Positions 1 to 11,774 of a DNA stretch of 64,000 nucleotides are shown piece after piece. Position 1 is the first letter of the stretch, and each line of letters starts with the position of its first letter. Source of the stretch: Guillardia theta CCMP2712 (taxonomy: Eukaryota; Protista; Cryptophyta); NCBI RefSeq assembly GCF_000315625.1, contig NW_005434612.1:391038-455037 (forward strand), in the 5' to 3' direction. The notes under the pieces were generated by a model. It was given only the letters and a program-made list of their open reading frames with translations. It did not search any database and was not told the origin of the DNA. Made by a program: the position numbers and the translations under genes.

Positions 1-2960
1 GGTCTGCGCCCTTGTGCTCTGAGACAGCCTTCTTCCTTCTGCTCAGATCTTGTCTCCTTCCTCCCGCCTTCCTCACGCTCACTCCTGTACTAGAGTCCCT
101 GCCAAATGCAACGTGAAGCTCCACGAGTCTGCAGATCTCCATCAGCTGATGTTGGAGTTCTGGTCTGTCAACTTCTATCCATCCCTCGACAAACTCCAAC
201 GTTCGGTCAAGCAACGAAGGCTCGGCGAAACCTACGGACAACGATCGTCGGAGCACCCGAAAGTGCACTGGAAAATCGACGAACCCCATCGGGATGGCAA
301 GGATGAACTCGAGGCGACTGAAGAGATCGTCCTCCTCTTGCTCCTGCTCACAAGCCTTGGATACCTGGGAAGGTTGTCAAGGCATGCCCTCAGGACGCAA
401 CAGAGCCTTTCACCTCGTTGGAAAACTGCTGGAGCTCGACCATATCCTTCAAGAAAGTCCTGAGCTCCTCCGACTTGAGGCAAATCCGGATGCTCTTGGT
501 AAGGAGCTTCAAGAGCCCGCAGAGGGTTGTATCCTTCATGGCCAGGAGAAGGAGGGACCTTGTGAACGACTTGATATTGAGCTTCGACCGGATTGACGAC
601 TCATCCTTCTCTAACCTGTCAAGCACTCCAGAGCAAAGATCTGTCAGGTTGATGTAACGATCAAAGTCCTTCTTATTTCTGCGAGATGTGGCGTGTGCTT
701 GAGAAAAAGCAAGCTGGTCATTCAAGCCATCTGCTGCACCGATCGACAAGTCCAAGGAGTTCAGCAGGGTGATGGTGTGGCTTAGAAGCTGATTGTAGAT
801 CTCAAACTGCACACGATCCACCCTCTCTGTCTCTCCGCCCTCGGCTTCTGTTCCCCCGCTTCTCAAGTTTCTTTCAATCCAGTCTACCTGCTTTGAATTC
901 AAGACGGACGTCCAAAGGTGGACGAGAGAGAAGCAAGGCTGGTCCTTCAAATCGTCAACCGCTCTCTTCCCTGGAGGAGCGTGGTTTTCATCTCGCCTTG
1001 GCTCAATGCTGATAGGCAGAGCTACAGGCACCAGAGACGCGCTGGACAAGTTGCTAGCAGAAGAGAACATGATCGAGCAGTAGAGCAAGAACCAAGCTCT
1101 CTCATGCAAAAATTGTTTTTTCTGCATGATGGAAGGGTATGAACTGAAAAGATATCGAACAATATCAGATATGAACCATGAGCAATCTTGCTTCTGAACA
1201 GCTTGCTGTGAGAAACTTCAGATCCCTCGGTGACTCTCAGTGACAAATCAAGTTCTCACCGGCAGGTTCATGAAGATGTTTGCGATGGACATAACAAATT
1301 CAGGCAAGATCTCATTGACCTTATCATCCTCATCGTTGTCATCTTCCTTGCTCAGAAACAAGTTCCAATACAGCAGGCTGCTCGGCAGGAAGTCATCTAA
1401 AATGCTCATGTTGTACTTCGCTGCATGCCATGCCAGCGATCCCCTTCCTCTGAACGACAAGGAGATGCATTTAAGGTCTTGCTCTTCCATGAGCTCAGTG
1501 TACGTCGTGTTCAGCATCGACACCTCTTCTGCCGTCTTGATGTACTTCTTGACTTCGCTGGTCCAGGTGTCGAAAGCTGTCAGGGCTGCAGATCGCACGT
1601 CCCTGTTGTTGTGCTTGCACCACTTCAAGAGGACCTCACAGATCTTTGGTGCGTTTGCAATCTCTGTCATGTACCTTGCAAGATTCATTGCGTGTTCCCC
1701 CAGCAGCTTCAAGGATGCCTTGACAACATCGTAACGCTCAATCTTGGCCGGTCCCTCCAGTGCGCTCCACATCTTGGCTGCGCAATCTCTCATCAGCGGC
1801 GCGCTGCTTCCCTCGATGTCCTTGAAGCGGAAGTGCGTCAACAGCCCTCTCATCCCCATGAGACATCCTGCATTAGCTCGCAGAGTTTTCGCCGTCCTCA
1901 TGTAAGAGGAGAGCGCGTTCCTGTAGTACTCGTACGCTGTCTTGTTCCCTGACATTTTGCACGTGTCGAGGGCTTGCGGGTGTAGGAAGCAGAGGCAGTT
2001 GCAAGCTTCAATCACTTCTGAAAGCAACGTTGCATGTTTCGATAGCTGACTGTCGAACAGATTCTCAACAACAAACTTGCAAACATTTGTAATGGTGCTG
2101 TTGTACTCGTCGGAGACTTTCTGTCTTGACGGAATCTTTGCGCCCAAGCACATTGCAAGCAGTCGATAGGCATCTGTTTGCTGCAGCATCAGTCAGACTC
2201 TTCACCTTAACAGTATGACACGGTGATAACAAGATGGAAGAAAACCCTCACGGAGAACAGAGTTGTGATACTTACCATCTGTGAGTTTCCAAATCTGCAA
2301 AATCTGAGGCAGAATTCACAAATATCGTTGAACTGCTTCAAATCTAGGTGAAGGTTTTGTTCGCAAAAGTTGTGCAAATGTTTCATCAGAGCTTCCATGG
2401 CATTGTGGCAAACCACTGTCTCATCCTTGATCTGTGGGAGAGTTTGCAGAAGGTTCAAATCCCCACTAAACAGGCTATAGTTCAACGACTCTGGACAATC
2501 ATATCACTACCATGCACGGGACAGCTACAACTCACTTATGGCATTGACGTCCTTCTTCTCATAGACCCTCGTTATGTACGCGTCGAGGTTCGTTACAGCC
2601 TGTGAGGCCCCGACAGCGTTGCTGTCCTCAGTTGCGAGCTCTGCTATCAGTTGCAAGAAGCTCGATACCTCGTCTTCAAGCAATGTGTCAGCCTCATTCT
2701 CCATCACACACTGCCATCTCTTGTGATTACCTGAATCTGACATGTCCACGTCTTCTCTGGCTACCGCAAGGGGGAGCTGCTGTTTTCTTCAGTTCCCTGT
2801 CTTGTCTTGATTTTCCCCTTCCGTTCCCGTCACACCGTTCTGACCTCCTCCTCCTCTCGTCCTTCTCCCCTCCCTTCCTTGTTTCACTCCCTCTTGCAGC
2901 TGATGTGTGGATATCGTCGTCTTGCTCCAGCCCTCCTCCGCTCACTTTCCCGCCATCATG
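1..2960 (-). CDS. PRKDC: DNA-dependent protein kinase catalytic subunit, N-terminal HEAT region (multi-exon; runs off the left edge; start uncertain, ~2743-2960)
   Basis: ORFs 1248-2189 and 390-1127 contain [75 protein letters not shown] and GLLKLLT. These are colinear with remembered DNA-PKcs N-terminal motifs ([75 protein letters not shown]). Confidence 0.85.
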
Positions 2961-3099
2961 CTTTTTATTGTGTGTTGCTGAGAGAGCTGCTACAAACAAT
3001 TGCCTTACCATAAATTGAGCAATAAACCTGCGACAAAGAGTGCAGGGTCTGGTAGCAGCTGCTGTAGTTTATTGCACATTTATTTCAAATCGCACCTCA

Positions 3100-4450
3100 C
3101 TGTTCGCACCCTTTGCTCGGCGAGTGTCCCCGCTACGCGGCCCGGCCCGGCCGGCAGCCGGACTCTGCTCTGATTGTCCTCGCCGTACTGATTTTTACCG
3201 CGGGCCGCCCGGCGGAAGTTCCGAGCCGTCGCATTGCCGGGTGGCATGTTCAATCTTTTACTCAAAGTTAAGTTAAAAATCAGCACGAGGACAATCATCA
3301 GTCGAGTTGTCATGACAGTCATGACGACAGACCCGGACACCCGGGAAGTTTTTACTCAAAGTTAAGTGATAGGACCTATGAGAACGTGCGGGATGACTCA
3401 GCCTTCTTTACGCAGCCCCTCACACTCCCCTTGATCAACTTCCGCCTTTATAACAACAGGTAATACACACCACCCCACCCCTCCCCATTCCGACTCAGGC
3501 TACCCACCCAACAATGACTTCAATTCAGTTTGTAGACTTCAGTTCTACTCACCCACCACCCATTTTCATAGGTAAGTACCCGTAGGATTCGTAGTGATCG
3601 CGCCATAAAATCAACAACCAGACACTACGACCCACCCTCCAATTTCCAGGAACATATTCCCAACCCCACCACACTCCCTCACTCATCGACGCACAAAATG
3701 TCCAGATGCCCCAACCCCACCCCAACCCCTCCCGCCAGAAGAGACGACCCCGCGCCTTCACCCCACCCCTGAAATCCATTTTGGGTTTACAACCCCTCCC
3801 GCTTCACAGCATCTTCTTTTCACCACCCTAACCCACCTCCCGTAAACCATAATACCCCCCCTTTCCCTGTACATGACCTCCATCACCCCACCCACGTAAC
3901 CAACTATCTACCTACCCCTATCGCTCACTTCTTGTGTACCCCCTACCCTACTCTACTTTCCTCTAACCTGCTTCGCAGTTGCCCGAGGAATTGCCGAGGT
4001 TCTTCGCTGATACGAAAAGAAGTCTTTTCCACTCCAATGAAAAATGACCCCTCCTTTCATCACATATTATACCGGTGGTCTCTTTAGATGTGCAAAATAC
4101 CCCCACCCTGAGAATACCCGGAAGTTTACTAGAGGTCTTATGGATGTCCTTCTGTATGACCCTCTGAAAACTACGACCAGACCCTTGTACCCCCTCAGTC
4201 GATTCACAATATGTGGTCAAAGTACCCCTCCTTTTCTCCTCCTTGTACCTTCACCCCGAGATCTCTACAACCCCACCCCGTTGCGTCTTTATCGAATCCT
4301 CTGCGGTCAAGGACCCCACAGTCGGGAGCCGATTAACAAAGAGAGACGGGGGGGTGTTGCGAAGTACCCGGTCCTTTCATGAAGAAATGTGGGGAAAGAG
4401 GGGTACCTGTGAACCTTGAAGGAGAAGGAGGCCGAGATGAGAGGGGGTAG
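3100..4450. promoter_or_regulatory. Divergent promoter region: GC-rich CCGG/GAAGTT/TGACTC block (~3100-3400) followed by a TACCCC/ACCCC-rich block (~3420-4450)
   Basis: Lies between the divergent DNA-PKcs and cyclin genes, has no credible ORF, and shows the motif composition seen upstream of other genes in the window. Confidence 0.5.
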
Positions 4451-5049
4451 GGGTGGTGCCCTAGGGGTTCGGCGACCTCCGCTTGCTTCTCCATCCTTCC
4501 AGCGGCTCCAACTCGCTTCTCTCACACTGTCCCGTTACCCCCCTTCCCTGTCTCTCCCATCTCCTCTCTTGTTTGCTTCCACTCCACCAATCTGTAACCC
4601 TGCGTCCTGATCCGTTTGTGCTCTTCTCCTATCCCTTCGTTTTTCCGAATCTGTTCGCTACCTGTTGCATCGAATCTTGCTCTCGCCTGTCTCCTGCATC
4701 TACGTCTCATCCTGAACCCTCGTCATTCTTTTGGAACCCACCTTTTCTACCCTCCGAACTTGCCTCTACTCGCATTGTTCGCTATCTGTGGCCACCTGGT
4801 TCGCAAGAAGCTGTACTGAATATTACTTTGTGCTACGCACGGTCTTGCCAACCACAAGTTCCCCGCCACAGCATCTACAATTGACTGCGAACTTTCCCTC
4901 CAAGAACTTGCTCATACAGGACCTGCTGTAGTCTTGTTGTTATTGGCGGCTACTTTATTCTTCTATCCTATCTTGGTGAAACATAGCGGAACCGAATTGG
5001 GAATGCAGTGACGTCGCTGGAGCACATAGGTTTGGTGCCGCTTCGCAAG

Positions 5050-6098
5050 ATGAATCAGTGCAAGCACAGGTTTGAAGATTTGGAGTCGGATATGCCCGTA
5101 AAGGATTGTTGTCGACCAACCATGCATTGCAACGCTTGCTCCCAGCAGTTCGATGACTACATCAAGAACTCCATGAGCTGCACGTTCATTCGGCAGAACA
5201 ACAGAGACATCCGTAGGAACCCCACCAAGTTTTGCCCCAAGCCGTTGCCAGAATACGAGATGCTTCAGCTGACATCGAGCTTGTTGGACATGTTGCAGAA
5301 CGATAGGATCTTTTCTACCGGCAAAGGAGGCGACGAGGGTCGTACTGCAAGGGCGCACGGACAGAACTCTGGGTCAGTTTTGGCGAGCATCCGAGCCATG
5401 GGATTCGACCTGATCGTCCAGGTGATTCTCGAAAGTGATGCTATCATTGTTCTAACTCGTGACTATCGCAGCTTTTTCAAATTTATCAGGCCGACATCAA
5501 AGGGGACACGCTGGCGCTGAGCCTGAGCTACTTCCAAAGGTGCCTTGTCAGTGACACCCTGCCAGCCAACTATCAGAAGTGTGTGGAGTTTCCAGCGGCT
5601 TGCTTCTTTATTGCAACCAAGGTTGAGGAAGTGTGTACGCCCGACATCAGCAGACTAGCTATCTTGACCAACACGACGGCAGCGAACCTGTTGAGAATGG
5701 AGAAGATTGTCTTGGAAACCCTTTCGTTTGAACTCTACCCTGTGACCGCCTCGAGAATGATTGGTTCGCTCTTCTCCCTGGCGCCAGACACAATGGATGA
5801 TGTGAGAATGTTTGCAAATCGGTTCATTCAGTTGAACCCTGCTATCTTCCTCTCGAACGCTTCTCCTGCGGTTATCACGTCGGCGCTGCTGTGGCTCATT
5901 CATAGGGAATTCGACCTGAGCTGTGAAGACTGGAGTTGGGTTCCGCCTGACTTGCTTGTCTGGATATCGAAGCAGAACGAGCTTGACACGTGCTCGATGC
6001 CGGAGGATGCTGTGCCGTGTGCAGGCAACCAGACCGTGCTCTGTGAAGTGATTCAAGTCGCGGTGGCTCTGCACAAGATGGTTTCCAGGCGCTCCTGA
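5050..6098 (+). CDS. Divergent cyclin (cyclin N-terminal box); intron 5422-5471
   Basis: Spliced product reads IRAMGFDLIVQ|LFQIYQADIKGDTLALSLSYFQRCL...AACFFIATKVEEV...LLRMEKIVLETLSFELYPVTAS, with the conserved cyclin-box K and E residues. Confidence 0.85.
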
Positions 6099-6576
6099 AT
6101 ATTTTTTTACATAGTTCCTCACTAGTCTCTCAAAGCTCTACCCAAGGACTATGATCATCTAGATTATTGTTTCATCTTCTGGTATTCATTTCAGTTTTTC
6201 CACTTCGTGCGGCCGACTCAGATTCGAATGAAACACGGTTCTGATTGCCATTGTGGAGTTCCGATTGCCATTGTAGTCGAGGTCCCTTCACTGAACCGCG
6301 AGTTCCGACTGCCGCACTGCTGCCAGGCTGAGGGCCCGGCCCCCGTCACGATCCATGCCATGGCCCGGGACTCGGGAACTTCGGAAAGTTCCCGGGCCGG
6401 ACCCGGCAGTCGGCGGGCCCTGAGTGCCTGGGGCTCCGCCCGGTGAACTGTTGGAGATGAGTCCGCCTCATTGATGGCCCCTCGAAAAATGGGCGAGAGA
6501 GTGCGGAGTGAGGGGAGAAGGCATGACAGGATGAAGATGCGTAGACAGGACAGGACAGGAGGACAGGACAGGACAG

Positions 6577-6722
6577 AGGAGAGGAGAGGAGAGGAGAGGA
6601 GAGGAGAGGAGAGGAGAGGAGAGGAGAGGAGAGGAGAGGAGAGGAGAGGAGAGGAGAGGAGGGGAGAGGGGAAGAGGGGAGAGGAGAGGAGAGGAGAGGA
6701 GAGGAGAGGAGAGGAGAGGAGA
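6577..6722 (+). repeat. (GGAGA)n pentanucleotide microsatellite
   Basis: Directly visible; it generates the spurious LLSSP/RRGEE ORFs. Confidence 0.95.
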
Positions 6723-6934
6723 GAAGAGCAGAGAGGGGAGGAAAGGAGAGGAACAAAGTGATGAACGAAGAGAGGGAAAGAAGATAGGAGAGCATGCTGT
6801 GAAAGTGAGGTGCAGTGAAAGAGGGAAATGAACATTGGGTAGAAAACAAACCAACGTTTATCTCTAACTATTTCTTGATCCAGCTCTGGTCTGTCAGTCG
6901 AAGCTTCGGGGATGTTATCTACGATCTGAGAGTA

Positions 6935-8585
6935 ATGTCACAAAGAAATAGAAACGATTCATTTCGGCCTCAAGCCGATAGTTCATGGTTCGCGCCAGTT
7001 CTCGATTGGGGAAACTCCCTCATGAGCTTCGGGGACAAGAAATCACAAGTTGTGAGGCGCACCGTTATCCTGTCCCTTGCCCTTGCCCTTGCCCTTGCCC
7101 TTGCCCTTGCCCTTGCCCTTGGTCCAGTGCATGTACGTCTCTGTTTCTCACCTGCCTTTCTTCCTCTACCGCAATTTCTTGCGGTGTAGCTGCTTATCTG
7201 ATGTTCCAGGATGAGAACCAAGGTCTAGGATCCTTCTTCGAGACGCTCAACGCTCGTCAGAGCACTGAGACCGTGAACTTCACGGATTGGAAGGCCACAT
7301 CACACGAAGACCTTCTTGCAAGCTTCAAGAAAGAGGACAAGGGCAAGTCAGTTACAAGCAAATCACACGACGTTGGGATGATCTTGGAGGCCGACGAGGA
7401 TGCGAAGTCGCCCATGGTTGTTTCACTGCTGGCAGGAGGACCTGCTGAGAGGTAGAGCAGCACGACTGTCCTGACGTAGCGATGACTTGTGTTGTCGGCA
7501 GCTGTGGTCAGATCAAGAGAGGAGACTACCTGACTGTGATCGACGGGATCGTGACCTCAGATCTGCCTCTCAGCTACGTCGAGGAGCTGCTGGCAGGGCC
7601 GCAGGTAGGAAGTCGGTGCTTCCCTGAGCTGGCATGGGGTGACTCGATGAGCAGAACACGGAGGTGATGCTGGACCTGACGAGGTTCGAGGACGGAGAGG
7701 AAGAGCCTCGGTCATTCTCGGTGACGCTGGTGAGGGAGAGCGCCAAGAGTGGGGGGGAGGCGGCGGGGAGCGAGGGAGGCGTTGGGATTGTCTTCGAGAC
7801 CAACGTCATCGACGGGAGCTGCACCATCAAGAGGTGTGTGTACAACGGCCCAGCCCATCGATCGGGGGTCCTCAAGAACGGAGACGTGAGCCGATTCTCC
7901 TCCCCCCCTGCCCCTCTGACAGCCGGCAGGTCCTGTACAACATCGACGATGTCTGTGTTCATAGGAGGGGATTGCACGTCATCGCAAAGCTCCTGTTCGG
8001 CCCCGTGGTGCGCTTCCTCCACCCTCCACCCTCCACCGCCTTGTCCTCTGGAATCCCGCCCCCCTCCCCCGGGCCGCCGCCCCGCCGCCCTGTTGCGACT
8101 TTCTTTACCCTGCGACCATGCTTCGTTCTTCTTGTCACTTCCTCCTCACGCTCCACAGGGGTCTCACGTCAACCTCTGTTTCCTGCGAGGCAAGAGGAAG
8201 TACATCTGCGTCAACCTCATGCGCGAAAGGATCAGCCATCACGTAAGTTACTTTCCGTCTGACTGTCTACCTACCTATTCCTTGCCCTCCCTCCCTCCCT
8301 ATCCCTGTTCCTTTCCCGCCCTTCCTTCCTATCTATCACTTTCCTTTCCCTCCCTCGCTCCCTCCCCACCTGCCCCATTCCTTTCCGACTCCTTTCCTCC
8401 CTTCCTGTCCCCTCCCTCCCTCCCTCTGTTCCCTCCTTATTTGCTCCCTTCTCGCCTCCCTTTCTCTCCCTGCTCCCTGGCTTTTCCTCCTCCCTCAATC
8501 TGTACATTCTGACACCCTGCAGACGGACGTTGTGGGGCTGCTGCGCCACTCGCAACATTCGACGAGCAGCGTGAAGATCTCTTAA
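6935..8585 (+). CDS. Tandem PDZ-domain protein (2 PDZ), multi-exon
   Basis: PDZ1: VGMILE...VVSLLAGGPAE|SCGQIKRGDYLTVIDG...LLAGPQ|NTEVMLDLTR. PDZ2: GVGIVFE...IKRCVYNGPAHRSGVLKNGD|VLYNIDD...LLFGPV|GSHVNLCFLRG. GT-AG introns keep the frame; stop TAA at 8583-8585. Confidence 0.8.
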
Positions 8586-8693
8586 AAGCGCAGGAGGGAG
8601 GAGGCAGGTGGTGAAGAACTTGGGTCAAGCAGCTACTAGTAGCCTGAGTAGTGGAGGAGGAGGAGGAGGAGGAGAATTAAACAGATTTACAGC

Positions 8694-11600
8694 TCAGCCG
8701 TTCCGTCGCAATTTGACTCGGTCAATTTTCCCGCCTCTCCTCAATTCAACCTGGAGTCGCATGAGCTCAACTTGCGGACCTCCTCTCCTCCTCCTCTCCT
8801 CCTCCTCTCCTCCTCCTCTTCACCCTTCATCACCCTTCCCCAACTTCCCTCCCCCTTTCTCCTCTCCTCTGTAGTCTTGCCTACACTGCCGCTTCTACCG
8901 CCTCCTCCTCTTCTCTCCTCTCACCTCAGCCTCCGATCGTGACGGACCCCGCAGCATCCCCTGCATCCCCTGCTATGGGTGAGCCAGCGAACAAGCAAGG
9001 AGAGGAGACCTTGGGGTCTCTGCCGCCACAGGAAGAGCCGTCGATGGAGATGATGACGTCACCAGGAGCTGTCCAGCTGCATCAGAGCAGCCGCTTACAC
9101 CCTCCTGCTCTCACCAACTTTCTCCTGATTTTCTCGCGGCATGTTGGGCTTCAAGCTACTCACCTGCCACTCCTCCGAGCCTCTCGCCTGCAGCTCCAAA
9201 TGCTCAGAATCTTGATGACTCCTTCCCTCCCTCCCCTGCTCTGCTCAGCAGCTGGCACCCTCCTGCTCTTGTCGCCATCCCTCGCTTCATCTGCTCGTTT
9301 TCCTCCTCCTCTCTCTCTGTGGTCGCACCTGCTTGACAGTGAAGCCGAAGCAAGAGTGGGCAGTGCGGTTGGGGGAGGAGTTGCCTGAGGCAGGCTCAGC
9401 GCAAGAACGGCTGCTGCTTGAGGTCACCGTCATCAGAAGAGCTGCGGGTGAAGGTGGTGAGACAAGAGCAGACAAGGCAAGAAGAACGATGAGAGGACGT
9501 TGAGGAAGAGTGAGGAGACAAGAAAGCGTTCGAGTACAGGGAGGAGGAGGGAGGGGGGAGGACGCAGGTGGGGGAGCAGCAAGAGGGAGGCAGGCAGAGC
9601 GCGAGGGAAGGAGGCGAGGAGGCAGAGATATCATGGGAGGAAGAGGATATTACATGGACTTGTTGGAGTTTCTCTTTCTCTCCTCCTTGGTCTGTCCCTC
9701 GCAAGTCAATCTCTCCCCCCCCTCGTCGACGATCTCACCCGCCGCTCAGCCTCCACCGCCATGAGCTTTTCCCCCCTCAGTATCGTGAGCTTGCAGCAGC
9801 TCCCTTCTTCCCCTGTTCCACTTGTCAACACCTGTTCCTCATCCTCCTCTTCCTTCAACCCTTCTCTTTCCGCTCTACTTGATCGCCTCCTCCTCCTTCT
9901 CCTCCTTCCTTGTCAACCACGCGCTCCCTCCCTTCCTCTTCCTCTCAACCGAGTAGGATATCCGCAAGCTTCTGTGACGACATCCCCTTCGTCTCCTCGT
10001 TCTGAAGAAACTGATAAGCGGAGGAGGACGAGGAGGAGGACGAGGAGGAGGAGGAGGAGGAGGAGAACGAGGAGAAGAAGGAGGGTAACGATGAAGATAA
10101 CAGGAGGAGGAGCTTGACCTCCACGCGAACTATGACATCTCCTCGATGGACAAAACCTGCTGCTGGCGTTGGTCATCCTCCCTTCTCTTCGCCTCTCATC
10201 CACTCACCTCCTCCCTCCTTCTCCTCATCCTCAGCAACTTCAGTGACCAGGAAGAGACCGTCCTTGAGCCTCCGGAACTTGAAGCCGAGGCCGGCGCTGC
10301 AAGAGGTGAGGGACTTGCAGTCGGAATGATGACGTCACCGTCTGCCTCCCTTGTGAGATCGCAGAACCTTGAGGAGAAGCCGCTGGAAGTCCTGGGAGGA
10401 GAGATGAGAAAAGTGACGGGGGAAAGCTCAGAAGGAGGAAGGAGGATGGAGGACGGAGGACGGAGGTAGGGAGAGCGAGGACGAGGTAGGGTGGACAAGG
10501 TAGAGAGGACAAGGTAGGGAGTACGATGTAGGGAGAACGAGGTAGGGAGAAGGAAGAACAGAGAAGGGAGGAGGAGGTAGGGAGGTAGGGAGAAGGAGAT
10601 GGGAGAAGAAGGGAGGAGGGAGGAGGAACAGAAAGAAGAGGATCAGGAGGAGGAGATTCTACTTTGAGCTCTTCCAGCGCGAGCATCATGGAGGAAGCAA
10701 CGGTCTTGGTCTCGTTGCTGTTCATCATGGTGATATCAGGACTTGAGGCCCAACCTTCCCTCCGCTCTCACTCTCGCTGCAGCCCTGCGACGGATCGCCG
10801 GAGGGTCTGAAGTTGCTGTAAACTCCGATCACGAAAAGTGAGAAACTAGCTCAGCCCTGACCGTTAGCATCGTCGAGAGTTGCTCTCGGTCCAGGTTGCG
10901 TCCACTGTGCAGACACGTCAGGGGAGGAGGAGGAGCGGAGGAGCGGGAGAAGCAGGAGGAGGAAGGGGAGGACGAGGGTCAGGAAGAGACCTGACGGCTT
11001 CGTTTACACTTTTCAAGCAGGACGCGAACTTGGAGTGCGTGATCTCTGTCAAGATGCTCGAGGACTTCTGCATGAAGGAATGAAGGGTCCTCCTCCTCCT
11101 CCTCCTCCTCCTCCTCCTCCTCCTCCTGCTTCTCCCCTCCCGCCCCTCCCCCCTGTCATTGTCTCGTCTTCCAACGCAGATACATGAACCGTGTCCTCAA
11201 CTTTCCTCTCATCTCGCAGCTCTGTGCGCCCCTCCCCCTACCCCCTCGCCTCCTTTCTGCTCTTACCATGCGTTCCAAGCGTGAAAGGCTCTCCTGCAGC
11301 CTATGCAAGGGTCCTGCTGCTTTCTCCATCGCCTCCTGCTCAATCGCGTCATAACCCCTCCCGCCCCCCCTCTTCCCCCCTCTTCCTCCTTCTCCTTCTC
11401 CTTCTCCTTCTCCTTCTCCTTCTCCTTCTCCTGGTACCTGCACTTCTGACACCATAGGCCTGCTCTTTGCCCCTTCCTCCTCCTGCTCCTCTTCATCCTC
11501 ATCCTCCTCACTGCTTGACTCCAGCTCGGGCTCATGGGCGCGGAGCTCGTTGCTGTCAGAGTCTCAGCTCACCCGACTCCTCCTCCTCGTGACTCCACCT

Positions 11601-11724
11601 GCATTCAAACACCCGCGAACCCTCCATGCGAATTCCACCGTATTCGCTCATGTCGAAACTCCTGCAAGATAGTTACAAGCATGCCCGTTGTTCCAGCAGT
11701 TGCAGCTCTTCTGCTCCAGCTCCA

Positions 11725-11774
<50 letters not shown>

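Noticed and set aside
6218-6854. LLSSP/RRGEE repeat ORFs, or a telomere-like tract
   Set aside because: Internal (GGAGA)n microsatellite with no coding signal and not at a chromosome end.
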